A stretch of 64,000 bases of DNA from Octopus vulgaris. Its lineage: Eukaryota. The position numbers were made by a program, and so were the translations under genes. The first letter of the stretch is position 1. Every line of letters starts with the position of its first letter. The stretch covers positions 169,694,001 to 169,758,000 of the forward strand of contig OX597817.1 of the NCBI GenBank assembly GCA_951406725.2. The letters are read 5' to 3'. The notes under the pieces are model-generated. The model was not told where the DNA came from and ran no database searches. It was given only the letters and a program-made list of their open reading frames with translations. This document shows positions 50,831 through 63,164 of the stretch, in pieces.

Positions 50831-51461
50831 CAGTACCATCTCGACTATCGGGGGTGTTACATTCCAAAACCCCTCCCAATAGGTCAAAATCCGCGAAATA
50901 GAAACAGCACTGTACCGTATATATATATATATATATATATTTTTTATTATTTCTATAATTTGTGTAAATTTATCGTTATATATAAAAGAAAGGTTGTGTG
51001 CTGTCTGTCTACTCCGATTTAGATTCCTAACTACTCCCACATTTTGCGGTGCAGTTTAACCAAAACCGGGTATCTTATGGTCGTGATTCATATCGAGCCC
51101 GTCTGGGTATTAGCGCGCGTCTACGATGAGTCTACGATTTTAAAAATAATTTACCATCATTTTTTTCCATTTTAATGCATTTTTTTAAATAAAGGGAAGT
51201 AACTCTCTAGAAATGTCTACGATGAGTCAACGATTTTAAAAAAAATTTACCATAATTTTTTTCCATTTTTAATGCATTTTTTGCTATTTTTTGGCTACAA
51301 CTCTCTAAAAATGCTTTATAGTTATTTCCCTTACAAACCCGAGCAACGCCGGGCGATACTGCTAGTTTTATTATAAATGCAAAACAACAACATGGCGGAA
51401 TCGACGTATGCTTAAATAATAAACCGCGATAGGCGAACCGCGAAATGGCGAGGGATTACTG
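50831..51461. mobile_element. pogo/Tigger-like MITE hosting a nested Helitron
   Basis: Ends CAGTACCATCTCGAC and GGCGAGGGATTACTG|TA (degenerate CAGTAxxCCCTCG TIR), subterminal CCGCGA motifs. Confidence 0.6.
50973..51365 (+). mobile_element. Non-autonomous Helitron (same family as 40571)
   Basis: A|TC...CCCGAGCAACGCCGGG hairpin...CTAG|T. Lacks the ~180 bp internal segment found in the 40571 copy. Confidence 0.85.
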
Positions 51462-52191
51462 TAGCCCCTAGATGTGACAAGCACTTTATAAGTTGTTATT
51501 TAACCCCCAAGCCAGTCTTGAGACTGAGCAAACCTATGACCAAAGGTATTCCAGTCATGACAATCCTGCATTGATATTAGACAGTGTAACTTAAGAGATT
51601 CGAGGAAGATTTTGGCTGCTATTTCATGAACGCCCTCATTGTATCCCAAAGGAAAATGGAACGAATCATGCTCGGACAAGAAAACCAATGCCAAGATTTG
51701 ATAGCACACGAGAGTCAACGATATTATAAGGCGGCGAGCTGGCAGAAACGTTAGCACGCCGTGCGAAATGAGTAGCCGTATTTCGTCTGCCGCTACGTTC
51801 TGAGTTCAAATTCCGCCGAGGTCGACTTTGCCTTTCATCCTTTCGGGGTCGATTAAATAAGTACCAGTTACGCACTGGGGTCGATGTAATCGACTTAATC
51901 CGTTTGTCTGTCCTTGTTTAGCCCCTCTGTGTTTAGCCCCTAGTAAAGAAATAGATATTATAAGAATCATTAAGGAGAACAAATACAGATGAGCTGGCCT
52001 CATCATTTGACTGAAGAACAACAGGTGGACAATCATCATCATCATCATCATCATCGTTTAACGTCCATTCTCCATGCTAGCATGGGTTGGACGGTTAGTG
52101 CTTTTTACGTACCACCAGACCAGGGATCCTGGCTGGTTCAATTCGATTTCGATTTCGCTTGCCCCAACATGTCTTCACAAGCAAAGGGGTA

Positions 52192-52341
52192 ACGGAATGG
52201 ACACCAGGACAATGGACAAGATCTAGAGGCTGACCAAAGACATAATGGCAAGATGATCTCACCTGCTACCTGGGACCTACATGGCCATCACTGGCCAGTG
52301 ATAGACAAGAGTCCAGGGAGGGCTTGTTCCTTCAAGAGTGA
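52192..52341 (+). pseudogene. Decayed RTE-like LINE 3' fragment
   Basis: TEWTPGQWTRSRG*PKT*WQDDL resembles the RTE C-terminal motif. Confidence 0.55.
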
Positions 52342-52886
52342 CGAAACCCTGGATAAGGAAGGATAAGGGTTTATTTTTCTTGGAAGGTCAACCAATTAAG
52401 GTTCCCTAATTGGTAGGCAATAGATATTGGAGCCTTGAGCAGTGGATGACAAATGTAAACACTATCATTGCAGTATAATTATAGCTTGCAATTATAATGA
52501 TTACATCATTCAGAAGCAATTATGTTATTCAATATAACAATTACGTCATTCATGAGTGAAAAAAGATGCTAGATTACAGAGTGAAGGTGAATGGTTCAGT
52601 GGTTAGAGCATCGAGCATACGATCATGAGGTTGTGAGTTCGAATCCCGGACCGGGCTGCGTGTGTCCTTGAGCAAGACACTTTCTTTCACATTGCTCCAG
52701 TCCACTCAGCAGGCAAAAATGAGTTATACCTGTAATTCAAAGGACCAGCTTCGTTACGCTCTGAGTCATGCTGAATTTTCTTGAGAACTATATATATTAT
52801 GGAATTTCAGGAGGTGGGTGTTCCATTGACTAGATCAACTGGAACCCTTGTCATTGTAACCAACAGAGTGTCACTTAGTAGGTCAA

Positions 52887-53130
52887 TAGCAGAGATCCCC
52901 AACCACCAGGCCACAGACCAGTACTGTACCAGGGGTCATTTGGTACTGGGCCACACAAACGGAATAAATTCTAAAATTTTATTTGTGTTTTATTGATTAT
53001 CACAGTCGGCAGATTATCTTTTGCAATATATATGTGCTATATATGTCATAATTAAATTATATATTATGCACTTTATTGTGTTTTTGTTATGTGTATGATA
53101 CCCCAGGTCCATTGAAAAAATTTCTTGCAT
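52887..53130 (+). mobile_element. hAT-Charlie-like element fragment
   Basis: Starts CAGAGATCCCCAACCACCAGGCCACAGACCAGTAC, resembling Charlie/MER-type termini. Right end not found. Confidence 0.4.
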
Positions 53131-53282
53131 CCATCTGTAGAAACCATGCCAAAATGGATGAAACCTGGGCAGCTCTTCAGGTCCCAACTCCTATGAAAAC
53201 TGTCCAACCTATGCCAGCATGGAAAACAGACATTACATCATGATCATCATCATCATCATCATGGTGGTGGTGGTGGTGATAC

Positions 53283-53319
<37 letters not shown>

Positions 53320-53765
53320 ACTAGCCTGTGGTTCAGTACTTCTGGTCTATGGGAAGAAACAGTGTCCATGGGCTTTGTAGGCCTTCCTGAAGAAGTAACG
53401 TTGGTGCCATTAGGGTTCTTTTGTACCTTACTAAGTCAAAACGTGAGGAAAACATGAGAAAGAAGGAGATTCCAGAGATCCAATAAAAGAAGACCCATGA
53501 TAAAGATGTTCCGACCACAACTATCTCATCCTTTCCTTGCATATTACATATCTAAGTCTATCTGGTGCATCCCTCTTTTTCAAGACAGTAGGATATAAAT
53601 CTGAGTACAATATGACCATTATCTCTAGATCAATTAAGTACAGAGTGTCCCCTTTCTTGGCTCATATATAAATAGCAGTTGTCTATTATAAACACAACCA
53701 CTCCTCATATTATTTTTAATAGTCAGCTGAATGAAAGATATTTACTCTGGTGTGTTATGGATGGC

Positions 53766-54179
53766 AGAAAGTGGAGTGTTAAGCAAATTATTACAAAAAT
53801 AATAGACATCATTTCCCTTATATTATTGTTTTGCTCCATGTGGGCATGGGTAGAACAAAATTTGCTGGGGCAGTATTTGACAACTGGATACCCTTCCTGT
53901 CATCAATCTTTATTCGTTTTTCAAATAAAGAACTTTTATTCCACTGGTTTCCACATAAAACAAACAAATCCAGTGAGCTTTATCATTTACAAGAAATGTA
54001 CATGATCATACCATTGTCCAAATGGTGTCAACATGAAAATACATGGTAGACACTCATGCACACACATACTCACACAGATGTGCATGCACACACATATGTA
54101 TATGTGTGCTTGTGTGTGAGGGTTTACTTACCATGCTTTTTGACAGTTGTGCACCAGCATGGCCGCAGCTCTGAGCTGG

Positions 54180-54226
<47 letters not shown>

Positions 54227-54696
54227 CAGACAGATGAATTCGACTAGTATATATGTGGATGTCCGCTTGCTTTACATGGTACAATCATATTATTATTAAT
54301 ATTAATATTACTTTTATTGACTTTTTGTGTGGTTATACATTTTAGAAAGTGGAGTGTTAAGCAAATTATTACAAAAATAATAGACATCATTTCCCTCATA
54401 TTATTGTTTTGCTCCATGTGGGCATGGGTAGAACAAGATTTGCTGGGGCAGTATTTGACAACTGGATACCCTTCCTGTCATCAATCTTTATTCGTTTTTC
54501 AAATAAAGATCTTTTATTCCACTGGTTTCCACATAAAACAAACAAATCCAGTGAGCTTTATCATTTACAAGAAATGTACATGATCATACCATTGTCCAAA
54601 TGGTGTCAACATGAAAATACATGGTAGACACTCATGCACACACATACTCACACAGATGTGCATGCACACACGTGTATATGTGTGCTTGTGTGTGAG
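53766..54696 (+). repeat. Near-identical ~355 bp direct duplication (53766-54120 and 54344-54696)
   Basis: Both copies run AGAAAGTGGAGTGTTAAGC...GTGTGCTTGTGTGTGAG with only a few substitutions. Confidence 0.95.
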
Positions 54697-54851
54697 TTTT
54701 ACTATTTCTATGCTTCTATGTCTAGTTATATTTGTAATATATTATGTATAATGTCATTGCTGTTGTGTAATGCTTTAATAAAGTATTGATTGGGTATTAT
54801 CTGATGGTTGATGATTGATTTAGGTATGTCGAGCCCATTTTCGACAGAAAG

Positions 54852-54884
<33 letters not shown>

Positions 54885-54941
54885 GAAAAATGCGTTATAA
54901 ATACCAATATGATATGTGTATACATTTATAAATACATATAC

Positions 54942-54972
<31 letters not shown>

Positions 54973-57658
54973 CAGAAGATCCCGCTTTATAAATCCACCC
55001 ACTTAATGTATCCAAAATGGGTTGGCATGGAATTTTTACACATAAGATGTCTTGTTTAATAAATTCAAATCATTGTTTAATAAATCCAATTGTCACTGCT
55101 CCTTCCTAAAGTTTCAACAAGTGGCAGCAAACAAATGAAGTGCTATTTTTTTCTGCTCTTAAATACTGACAGGTAAGCTCCAGCAGCCACAGCCAGCCAG
55201 CTGTCACATGGTACACTCCATCATCCAAAAATAGATCAATAAATATGTAGTAGCTGGTTGTGGCTGCTGGAGTCTACCCCAACAACCCTGTCATTCAAGT
55301 GAAAAAATAGGCTCCAAGACACCGCTTGTCAAAATTATGTGCCCTTCTCATCCATGTATGTACCATGTGACAGCTGGTTGGTAGTGGTTGCTGGAGCCTA
55401 CCTGTCAGTATTTAATGGTGAAAGAAATGTCTCATTCATCATTCACACAGAGAGGCAGCCATACATACAAGTTGTCCAGAATGTTCAAAATGAAAAGATA
55501 GAGGCAGGACAAATCTATGGCAGAAAAGATTCAATTGTTAGAACGTTACAAAGCTCTTCGGAAAACAACTCAGTGGGCAAGCAGCACCGAGATTGGGAAT
55601 TTCAAGAGGTCTGCTCCAGAATTTGCTAAAGAATGAGGATGACCTTCATGCCAAAGAACATGATAGCTGTTCATCAAAGAGAAAGTGCCAACGAGAGGGA
55701 AAAGACCAACAGACAGACCATGCTCCCTACAATTGGCTTTATTTTATTCACTCAAGAAATGTCCCCATCAATAGCCCGATGGTAATGCACAAAGCCAGCA
55801 TCATTGCTCAAGCTGCTGGACATGATTTTAAGCCATCTGAAGGTTGGTTTTACCATTGGCAAAAAAAGACATGGAATCTCTTTTATGGCTCTAAAAGGCA
55901 AAGCATTGTAGTTCACTAGTTCACATTTTTCTCTTTAGAAAACACAAACTAAAAGTTTCATACTTTGCAGGTGATGCAGCTGAATGCAGGTGATGCAGCT
56001 GAATGCAGCTGACGTCAATGGAACCCATCAATTTCATGAGTCAACCATGCAGCTTCTGTTGAAATCGTATTGGCCACAGGACATCTAAAACGCTGATGAA
56101 ACTGGGATCTTCTTTTGTGCATTACCAGGAAATACGTATGTCAACGAGAGTTGCAGGAAAACTGTGTGGGACTTTAAGACAGCAAAGGGCCATATGACCT
56201 TGATGGTAGCCCGCAACATGAATGGAGACAAAGAAAACTTGCTCTTAATCGGAAGGGCCAGTTTGCCAAGATGCTTCAAAAATGTCAAAACATTTCCGAT
56301 TCAGTACAACTTTTCAACCAATGCTTGGATGACAGAAAAGATCTATGGAAGATGGTTCAGATCTTGGGATCATCGTTTGCAGGAATCTGGAAGACAAGTG
56401 GTGGTCCTACTTCACAATTGCTCTTCTCATGTAGTCATTGATGATCTCAAGAATATCACTTTAAATTTGCTCCCTCCCAACAACATCAGTGCTGCAGCAC
56501 TGTGACATGGGGATAATCAAGACCTTGAAAGACTACTTCAGACAGGAAATGCGCAAGAAGATCACTGACGTTATGGAAGACACTGAACATGACATTTTTG
56601 CCCAAGAAGTTACAAAGCTGATCACCATTTTGGATGCCATGTACACGTTAAGCGTAGCTAGGAAGAAGGTCTCTAGCCAGACAATCAAAGATTGTTGGAT
56701 CAAAGCTGGTTTTATTTCAGCCAAAGAACCAAATGATGCCACAGATGTTAGTGAAGATTTGTTCCTGCCTTCACCACCTACTGGACTGACCAAAAAGCAA
56801 TTCTACAACTGATTGTCTGTAGATGATGGTGTTGTTGTTGCTCTGGAGATCATCACTAAAGAAGAAGAACTAGATGAGATCATTCGTGGCATTTGGCAAT
56901 CTGAGAAGGAAACCAAAGGAGATGAAGATGGCGATTCCGACGTTACTCTTTTACTTGTTTCAGTCATTTGATTGTGGCCATGCTGGAGCACCACCTTTAA
57001 TCAAGCAAATCAACCCCAGGACTTATTCTTTGTAAGCCTAGTACTTATTCTATCGGTCTATTTTGCCAAACTGCTAAGTTATGGGGACGTAAACACTCCA
57101 GCATCGGTTGTCAAGCGATGTTGGGGGGGACAAACACAGACAGACAAACACACATATATATACATATATATGACGGGCTTCTTTCAGTTTCTGTCTACCA
57201 AATCCACTCACAATGCTTTGGTTAGCCCGAGGCTATAGTAGAAGACACTTGCCCAAGGTGCCACGCAGTGGGACTGAGCCCGGAACTATGTGGTTGGTAA
57301 GCAAGCTACTTACCACACATGAAAGAGTTCCGGAGCCTCCAACACCAGCTGAAATGAGACACTATCTAAGAACTCAATTAGAAAGTGACTTTGAAAGTTT
57401 TGATTTCAGTGACATGAATCTTTATAGAACTCTTAAGGAAAAGAAATCAGTGCAGAGTTGCGAACAAAGCATCCAGCAAAGCAAACAACACTTGAAAGAT
57501 TTTTCATTCAATGACACTGTTTATAATGTTTTTATTCGTGTATTCACGTATGTATGTATTTTAATAAATACACGTGTTTAATCAGTCGGCGAATTTTGTT
57601 CCTTCAGTTAATAAATCCAAAATAGGCAGTCCCAAATGGATTTATAAAGCAGGATCTA
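54973..57658 (+). mobile_element. Decayed pogo/Tigger-family DNA transposon with TIRs
   Basis: TA|CAGAAGATCCCGCTTTATAAATCCA at left and TGGATTTATAAAGCAGGATCT at 57637-57657. The outermost right bases are replaced by a family D insertion. A SINE B is inserted at about 56945-57318. Confidence 0.85.
55481..57440 (+). pseudogene. Tigger/CENP-B-like DDE_1 transposase pseudogene
   Basis: HTH region (KSMAEKIQLL..GISRGLLQNLLK), FKPSEGWF, NADETGIFF, NAWMT, LLHNCSSH, LLPPN..LQHCDMGIIK. Multiple stops and frameshifts. Confidence 0.85.
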
Positions 57659-57659
57659 A

Positions 57660-58085
57660 TCAAAAAATCAAAATCAAAATCGAAATCGATCAACATCAAT
57701 GGAAATTGTTGCTGTGATACCAGTGCCGGTGGCACGTAAGAGAACCACCCGAATGTGACCGTTGCCAGCGCTGCCCCGACTGGACTCCGTGCCGGTGACA
57801 CGTAAAAAGCACCATCTGATCATGGCCGTTGCCAGCCTCGCCTGGCCTCCATGCCGGTGGCACGTAAAAAGCACCATCCAATCGTGGCCGTTTGCCAGCC
57901 TTGTGTGGCACGTAAAAAGCACCCACTACACTCTCAGACTGGTTGGCGTTAGGAAGGGCATCCAGCCGTAGAAACATTGCCAAATCAGACTGGGCCTGGT
58001 GCAGCCATCTGGCTTCCCAGACCCCAGTTGAACCGTCCAACCCATGCTAGCATGGAAAGCGGACGCTAAACGATGATGATGATGA

Positions 58086-58088
<3 letters not shown>
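57660..58088 (+). mobile_element. Retroposon family D
   Basis: Subrepeats and (GAT)n tail. Confidence 0.85.
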
Positions 58089-58162
<74 letters not shown>

Positions 58163-58844
58163 CTGGCACTCCATCAGCTACAACAACAAGAGTTCCAGTT
58201 GATTCGATCAATGGAACAGTCTGCTTGTGAAATTAACATGCAAGTGGCTGAGCACTCCACAAACATGTATACCCTTAATGTAGTTCCCAGGGAGATTCAG
58301 CATGACATACGATGTGACAAGGCTAGCCCTTCAAATTACAGGTACTACTCATATTTGCCAGTGAGTGGATGGAGTAATGTGAAATAAAGTGTCTTATACA
58401 AGGACACAACACACTGCCAGGAATAGAACACACACCCTTATAATTGCAAGCTGAATTCCCCTAACCACTAAGCCATGCACCCTCACATATACATATGTTT
58501 GTATGTATGGATGGATGGATGTATGTATGGATGTATGTGTGTGTGTGTGTATGTGTGTGTGTGTGTGTGTGTATATATACACAGTGTGTGTGTATATATA
58601 TATAAATATACACACACACATATATACAAATATATGTCTTTTAGTCTTTTACTTGTTTCAGTCATTTGACTGCAGCCATGCTGGAGCACTGCCTTTAGTC
58701 GAGCAAATCGACCCCAGGACTTGTTCTTTGTAAGCCTAGTACTTATTCTATCGGTCTCTTTTGCCAAACCGCTAAGTTACAGGGACGTAAACACACCAGC
58801 ATCAGTTGTCAAGCGATGTTGGGGGAACAAACACACACACACAC

Positions 58845-58889
<45 letters not shown>

Positions 58890-59322
58890 AGTCATAATCC
58901 GGTCGAGAAATGGGTCGGACTTGTTGCGTAAAAGAAGGGAAGGCGACACTTCAATAGTAGTAATAGTAGTACTGGTGGCGGTATAGCAGCAGCAGCAAAA
59001 GGAAGAGGCAAAGGAAGGGAGGAATTTCCATGAAAGTCTAGAAGGAGCCCTTAAAGTTCAGCAGTTCTCAATCTGACAAATACTCCTTACCCAGTACTGT
59101 GGAATGTTTATGCCCCTGCCTACCTCATTATTAATGAGAAAACAAAACAACATTTGTGAGGTATATTTGCCATCTCAATATGGCTACCCACTAAGGGTGG
59201 GTGTTACTGTAGCTTGTAGCCCCAGGAGACCATCGTCTCCAGCTGGAGATGGCAAATATACCTCACATTGTCGTGCAGTTACTGTTTATACCTCTTTCAG
59301 AGATTTATTATTGAAAACAACA

Positions 59323-59730
59323 GCAGGAGTGGCTGTGTGGTAAGTAGCTTGCTAACCAACCACATGGTTCCGGGTTCAGTCCCACTGCATGGCATCTAGG
59401 GCAAGTGTCTTCTGCTATGGCCCCGGGCCGACCAATGCCTTGTGAGTGGATTTGGTAGACGGAAACTGAAAGAAGCCTGTCATATATATGTATATATATA
59501 TATATGTGTGTGTGTTTGTGTGTCTGTGTTTGTCCCCTAGCATTGCTTGACAACCGATGCTAGTGTGTGTTTACGTCCCCGTCACTTAGCGGTTCGGCAA
59601 AATAGACCGATAGAATAAGTACTGGGCTTACAAAGAATAAGTCCCGGGGTCGATTTACTCGACTAAAGGTGGTGCTCCAGCATGGCCGCAGTCAAATGAC
59701 TGAAACAAGTAAAAAAGAGAGTAAAGAGTA
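59323..59730 (+). mobile_element. SINE family B
   Basis: Full-length match to the 32631 copy. Confidence 0.9.
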
Positions 59731-60254
59731 TTTGCATTCACACAATTTGTCTTTCATCTCCATGGTTTTGGGGCAAACTTAAAAAGCTTCAAACCATCTT
59801 AACTTTTCTTAAAAATATGGCAGATTCCTTTTTTTCTTCGCCCATTTTTCAATCTAAGGCCACACACTATGTGAAACTGGTAATAATTGATAAATATTTC
59901 CTTATTAACTTTAAAGTAAATTATACAGATAACAGCATTTTAAATCTGTACATATAGTTAATTATTAGCATTAATGACAAGCAAAATGTCTAAAAATAAG
60001 TTGTCATCATCATCGTTTTAACGTCCACTTTTCCATGTTTGCATGAGTTGGATGGAATTTGCTGGAATGGATTTACTATGGGTGGACCCCCTTCCCGTTG
60101 CCAGCCCTCACCTGCTTCAAAGTAATGTAATATTTCCCCATGACCAGAGATGTTTCCACAGAATATTGGAAGTGAAAGACAGTGATCGCATGGCAGTGAC
60201 AAATGTTTACAAATATCATGTGATGTCAAGGCAAGGAGACAGTAACACACGTGT

Positions 60255-60301
<47 letters not shown>

Positions 60302-61059
60302 ATGTGTGTGTGATGGGCTTTAAGTTTCCATCTACCAAATCTACTCACAAGGCTTTGGTTGGCCTTGGGCCAGAATAGAAGATACTTGCCCAAAGTGTCA
60401 TGCAGTGGGACTGAACCTGAAACCATGTGGTTCAGAAGAAAACTTCTTGCACTGCCATACCTGCAGCTTGTAATCCTTTTAATCTGTGTATAGTAAATTA
60501 CTGTTCAGTTATATTATTTGTTTATTCTTCTTAAATACTTACCACATTGCTTTTGTGTCTAATGCTTAATTTAAGAGAATATTTTTTAATTGTTTTATAA
60601 ACTTCCACACACAGTAGTCATGGTCGATGCCAGTGCAGCCTGACTGGCTCTTATTCCAGTAGCATGTAAAATACACCATTTGAGTGTGGTGGATGCCAGT
60701 GTTGCCTGACTGGCCCCCATGCCTGTGGCATGTAAAAAGCACCCACTACACTCTCAGGGTGGTTGGCGTTAGGAAGTGCATCCAGCTGTAGAAATCTTGC
60801 CAGATCAGATTGGAGTGTGGTGTAGTCTAACTGTCCAACCCGTGCCAGCATGGAAAGCAGACGTTAAATGATGATGAGGAGGAGGAGGAGGAGAACAAAC
60901 TTTCTCCTTAAAACTCAAAATTATTATATTAAAAATAGAAATAAAGAAATTAAGTGTTCTTTATGTATACATACTTTCGCCAGTCACTCCTTTCTAAAAT
61001 GTCAACCCACTGGTATTCCTTTCCCAACAATATATTACCCCCCCCCCACCATCACAAAC

Positions 61060-61166
61060 ATTAATTTGCAGATGTTTAAATTGAATATCAGCCACATTAA
61101 TTTCACCAATCTTGGTGGAGAGAGCTCTGAAGGTCATGTGTACTGCACTCTGTCTTCTGATGAAAT
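61060..61166 (-). CDS. Candidate coding exon (phase 1 to 0: xFIRRQSAVHMTFRALSTKIGEINVADIQFKHLQIN)
   Basis: Acceptor ttttcaatacattttcatag, donor AAT|GTTTGT, 107 nt, open frame. Confidence 0.5.
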
Positions 61167-61299
61167 CTATGAAAATGTATTGAAAAATTAGTTTTCCTGC
61201 ATTATCAGATTTATAAAATTTAATAAAAAATGTATGTTGGAATGTTACAGAACTGGTCCAGAAACTTTTTTATACCATCTCATATCTATTTTATCTTAT

Positions 61300-61491
61300 C
61301 TTTTTACTTGTTTCAGTCATTAGACTGTGGCCATGCTGGGGCACCACTTTGAGGAATTTTAGTCAAACTAATCAATCTCAGTACTTATTTTTATTAAAGC
61401 CTGGTGCTTATTCTATCAGTCTCTTTTACCAAACTGTTAAGTTATGAGGATGTAAACACACAAACATTAGCTGTTAAGTGGGGGTGGGAGA

Positions 61492-61561
<70 letters not shown>

Positions 61562-62105
61562 CACTCACGATGGGCTGCTCTCAGTTTCAGTCGACCAAAT
61601 CCTGAGGCTATATAAGAAGACACTTGCCCAAAGTTCAACACAGCAAAATTGAACCCGGAACTACGTGATTGGGAAACAAACTTCTTACCACACAGCCATG
61701 CCTGCACCTAATATATAGGCATGGCTGTGTGGTAAGAAGCTTGCTTCCAAACTACATGGTTCCAGGTTCAGGCCCACTGTATGTTACCTTAGGCAAATGT
61801 CTTCTACTATAGCCTCGAGCTGACCAAAACCTTATGAGTAGATTTGGAAGATGGAAACTGAAAGAAGCGCATTGTATATATATGTATGTGCATATATGCT
61901 TGAGTGTTTGTCCCCTACCATTACTTGACAACCAATGTTGGTGTGTTTACATCCCCGTAACTTAGTGGTTTGGCAAAAGAGACCAATAGAATAAGTACAG
62001 GACTTACAAAGAATAAGTCTTGGGGGCGGTCTGTTTCAGTAAAACCCCTTAAGGTGGTGCTCCAGTATGACAACAGTCAAATGACTGAAACAAGTAAAAG
62101 AATAA
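61300..62105. mobile_element. Two diverged SINE family B copies, head to head
   Basis: Minus copy ends near 61709 (CTTACCACACAGCCATGCCT). Plus copy starts near 61717 (AGGCATGGCTGTGTGGTAAG). Confidence 0.85.
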
Positions 62106-62165
62106 AATTATATATATATATATATATATTGCGCCTCCACACACACACACACACACACACACATT

Positions 62166-62211
<46 letters not shown>

Positions 62212-62214
<3 letters not shown>

Positions 62215-62518
62215 AGGCGCAATTGCCTAGTGGTTAGGGCAGCGGACTCACGGTCGTAGGATCGCGGTTTCGATTCCCGGACCGGGTGTTGTGAGTGTTT
62301 ATTGAGCGAAAACACCTAAAAGCTCCACGAGGCTCCGGCAGGGGGTGGTGATCCCTGCTGTACTCTTTCACCACTCTTTCTCTCACTCTTTCTTCTGTTG
62401 GCCTGCTCGCTTAGCCAGCGGGGTGGCGTTATTTGAAGGCTAAAACAATGCGAAGCGCATTGTGACCAGCGATGTGTAACTACATCTGATGGACTGGTCG
62501 GTCACGTAATCACGTGAT
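62212..62518 (+). mobile_element. SINE family C head/body with a third type of 3' tail
   Basis: TGGAGGCGCAAT..CCTAGTGGTTAGGGCAGCGG head, 3' part GCGCATTGTGACCAGCGATGTG...GGTCACGTAATCACGTGATA. Confidence 0.85.
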
Positions 62519-62551
62519 ATATATATATATATACACACACACACATATACA

Positions 62552-62766
62552 CAAGGGGTTAGTGAAAAGTTCCTGGTTTTAAAGGTATTGCAAAATTCTT
62601 TGTTGGAAGCCCAGCCTTCCAAGTTCTTTTACAGGGTTTAGAAAAACTGAAGGACCACTGCAATAAGTGTGTGAATCTGAGAGGGGAATATGTTAAATAA
62701 AATCATAATTGACTGATCCTCCTATATTTTCTTTTACCCAAAACCAGAAACTTTTCAGCATCCCCG
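62552..62766 (+). mobile_element. mariner-derived MITE
   Basis: TIRs GGGGTTAGTGAAAAGTTCCTGGTTTT and AAAACCAGAAACTTTTCAGCATCCCC. Retains the transposase C-terminus GLEKLKDHCNKCVNLRGEYVK*. Confidence 0.8.
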
Positions 62767-62874
62767 AAGTTGCGAGGATGATCCGGTTCTTGACTTAAGA
62801 TTAAATGCTTCAAATGACCCGTCCATGTTTTTTGTATTGTCTACCTGGATATTTTGCATTCTTGTCCCATTTTG

Positions 62875-62932
<58 letters not shown>

Positions 62933-63164
62933 AAACTATGTGTGTGTCTTTGTGTTGGTGTGTTTACATCCCTGTTAATTAGCAGTTCAGCAAAAGAAAC
63001 TAATAGATTAAGTACTAAAAAAATATGTATTGAAGTTGATATTTGTCTGACAAAACCCTTCAAGGCAGTGCCTCACCATAGCTGCACTCCAATGACTGAA
63101 ACAAGAAAAAGATTACAAAATAAGAAGAGATGTGTGTTACTCATCTATATTCCTAATTATATAT

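Noticed and set aside
53333-53542. 69-aa hydrophobic ORF
   Set aside because: No convincing splice or homology signal, and likely chance.
59177-59245. Twister/pistol/HDV ribozyme
   Set aside because: Only partial motif resemblance. The required pseudoknots could not be built by eye.
61072-61191. Plus-strand terminal exon candidate MFKLNISHINFT...VLKN*
   Set aside because: It overlaps the minus-strand exon candidate that fits the phase chain. Probably antisense shadow, though not excluded.
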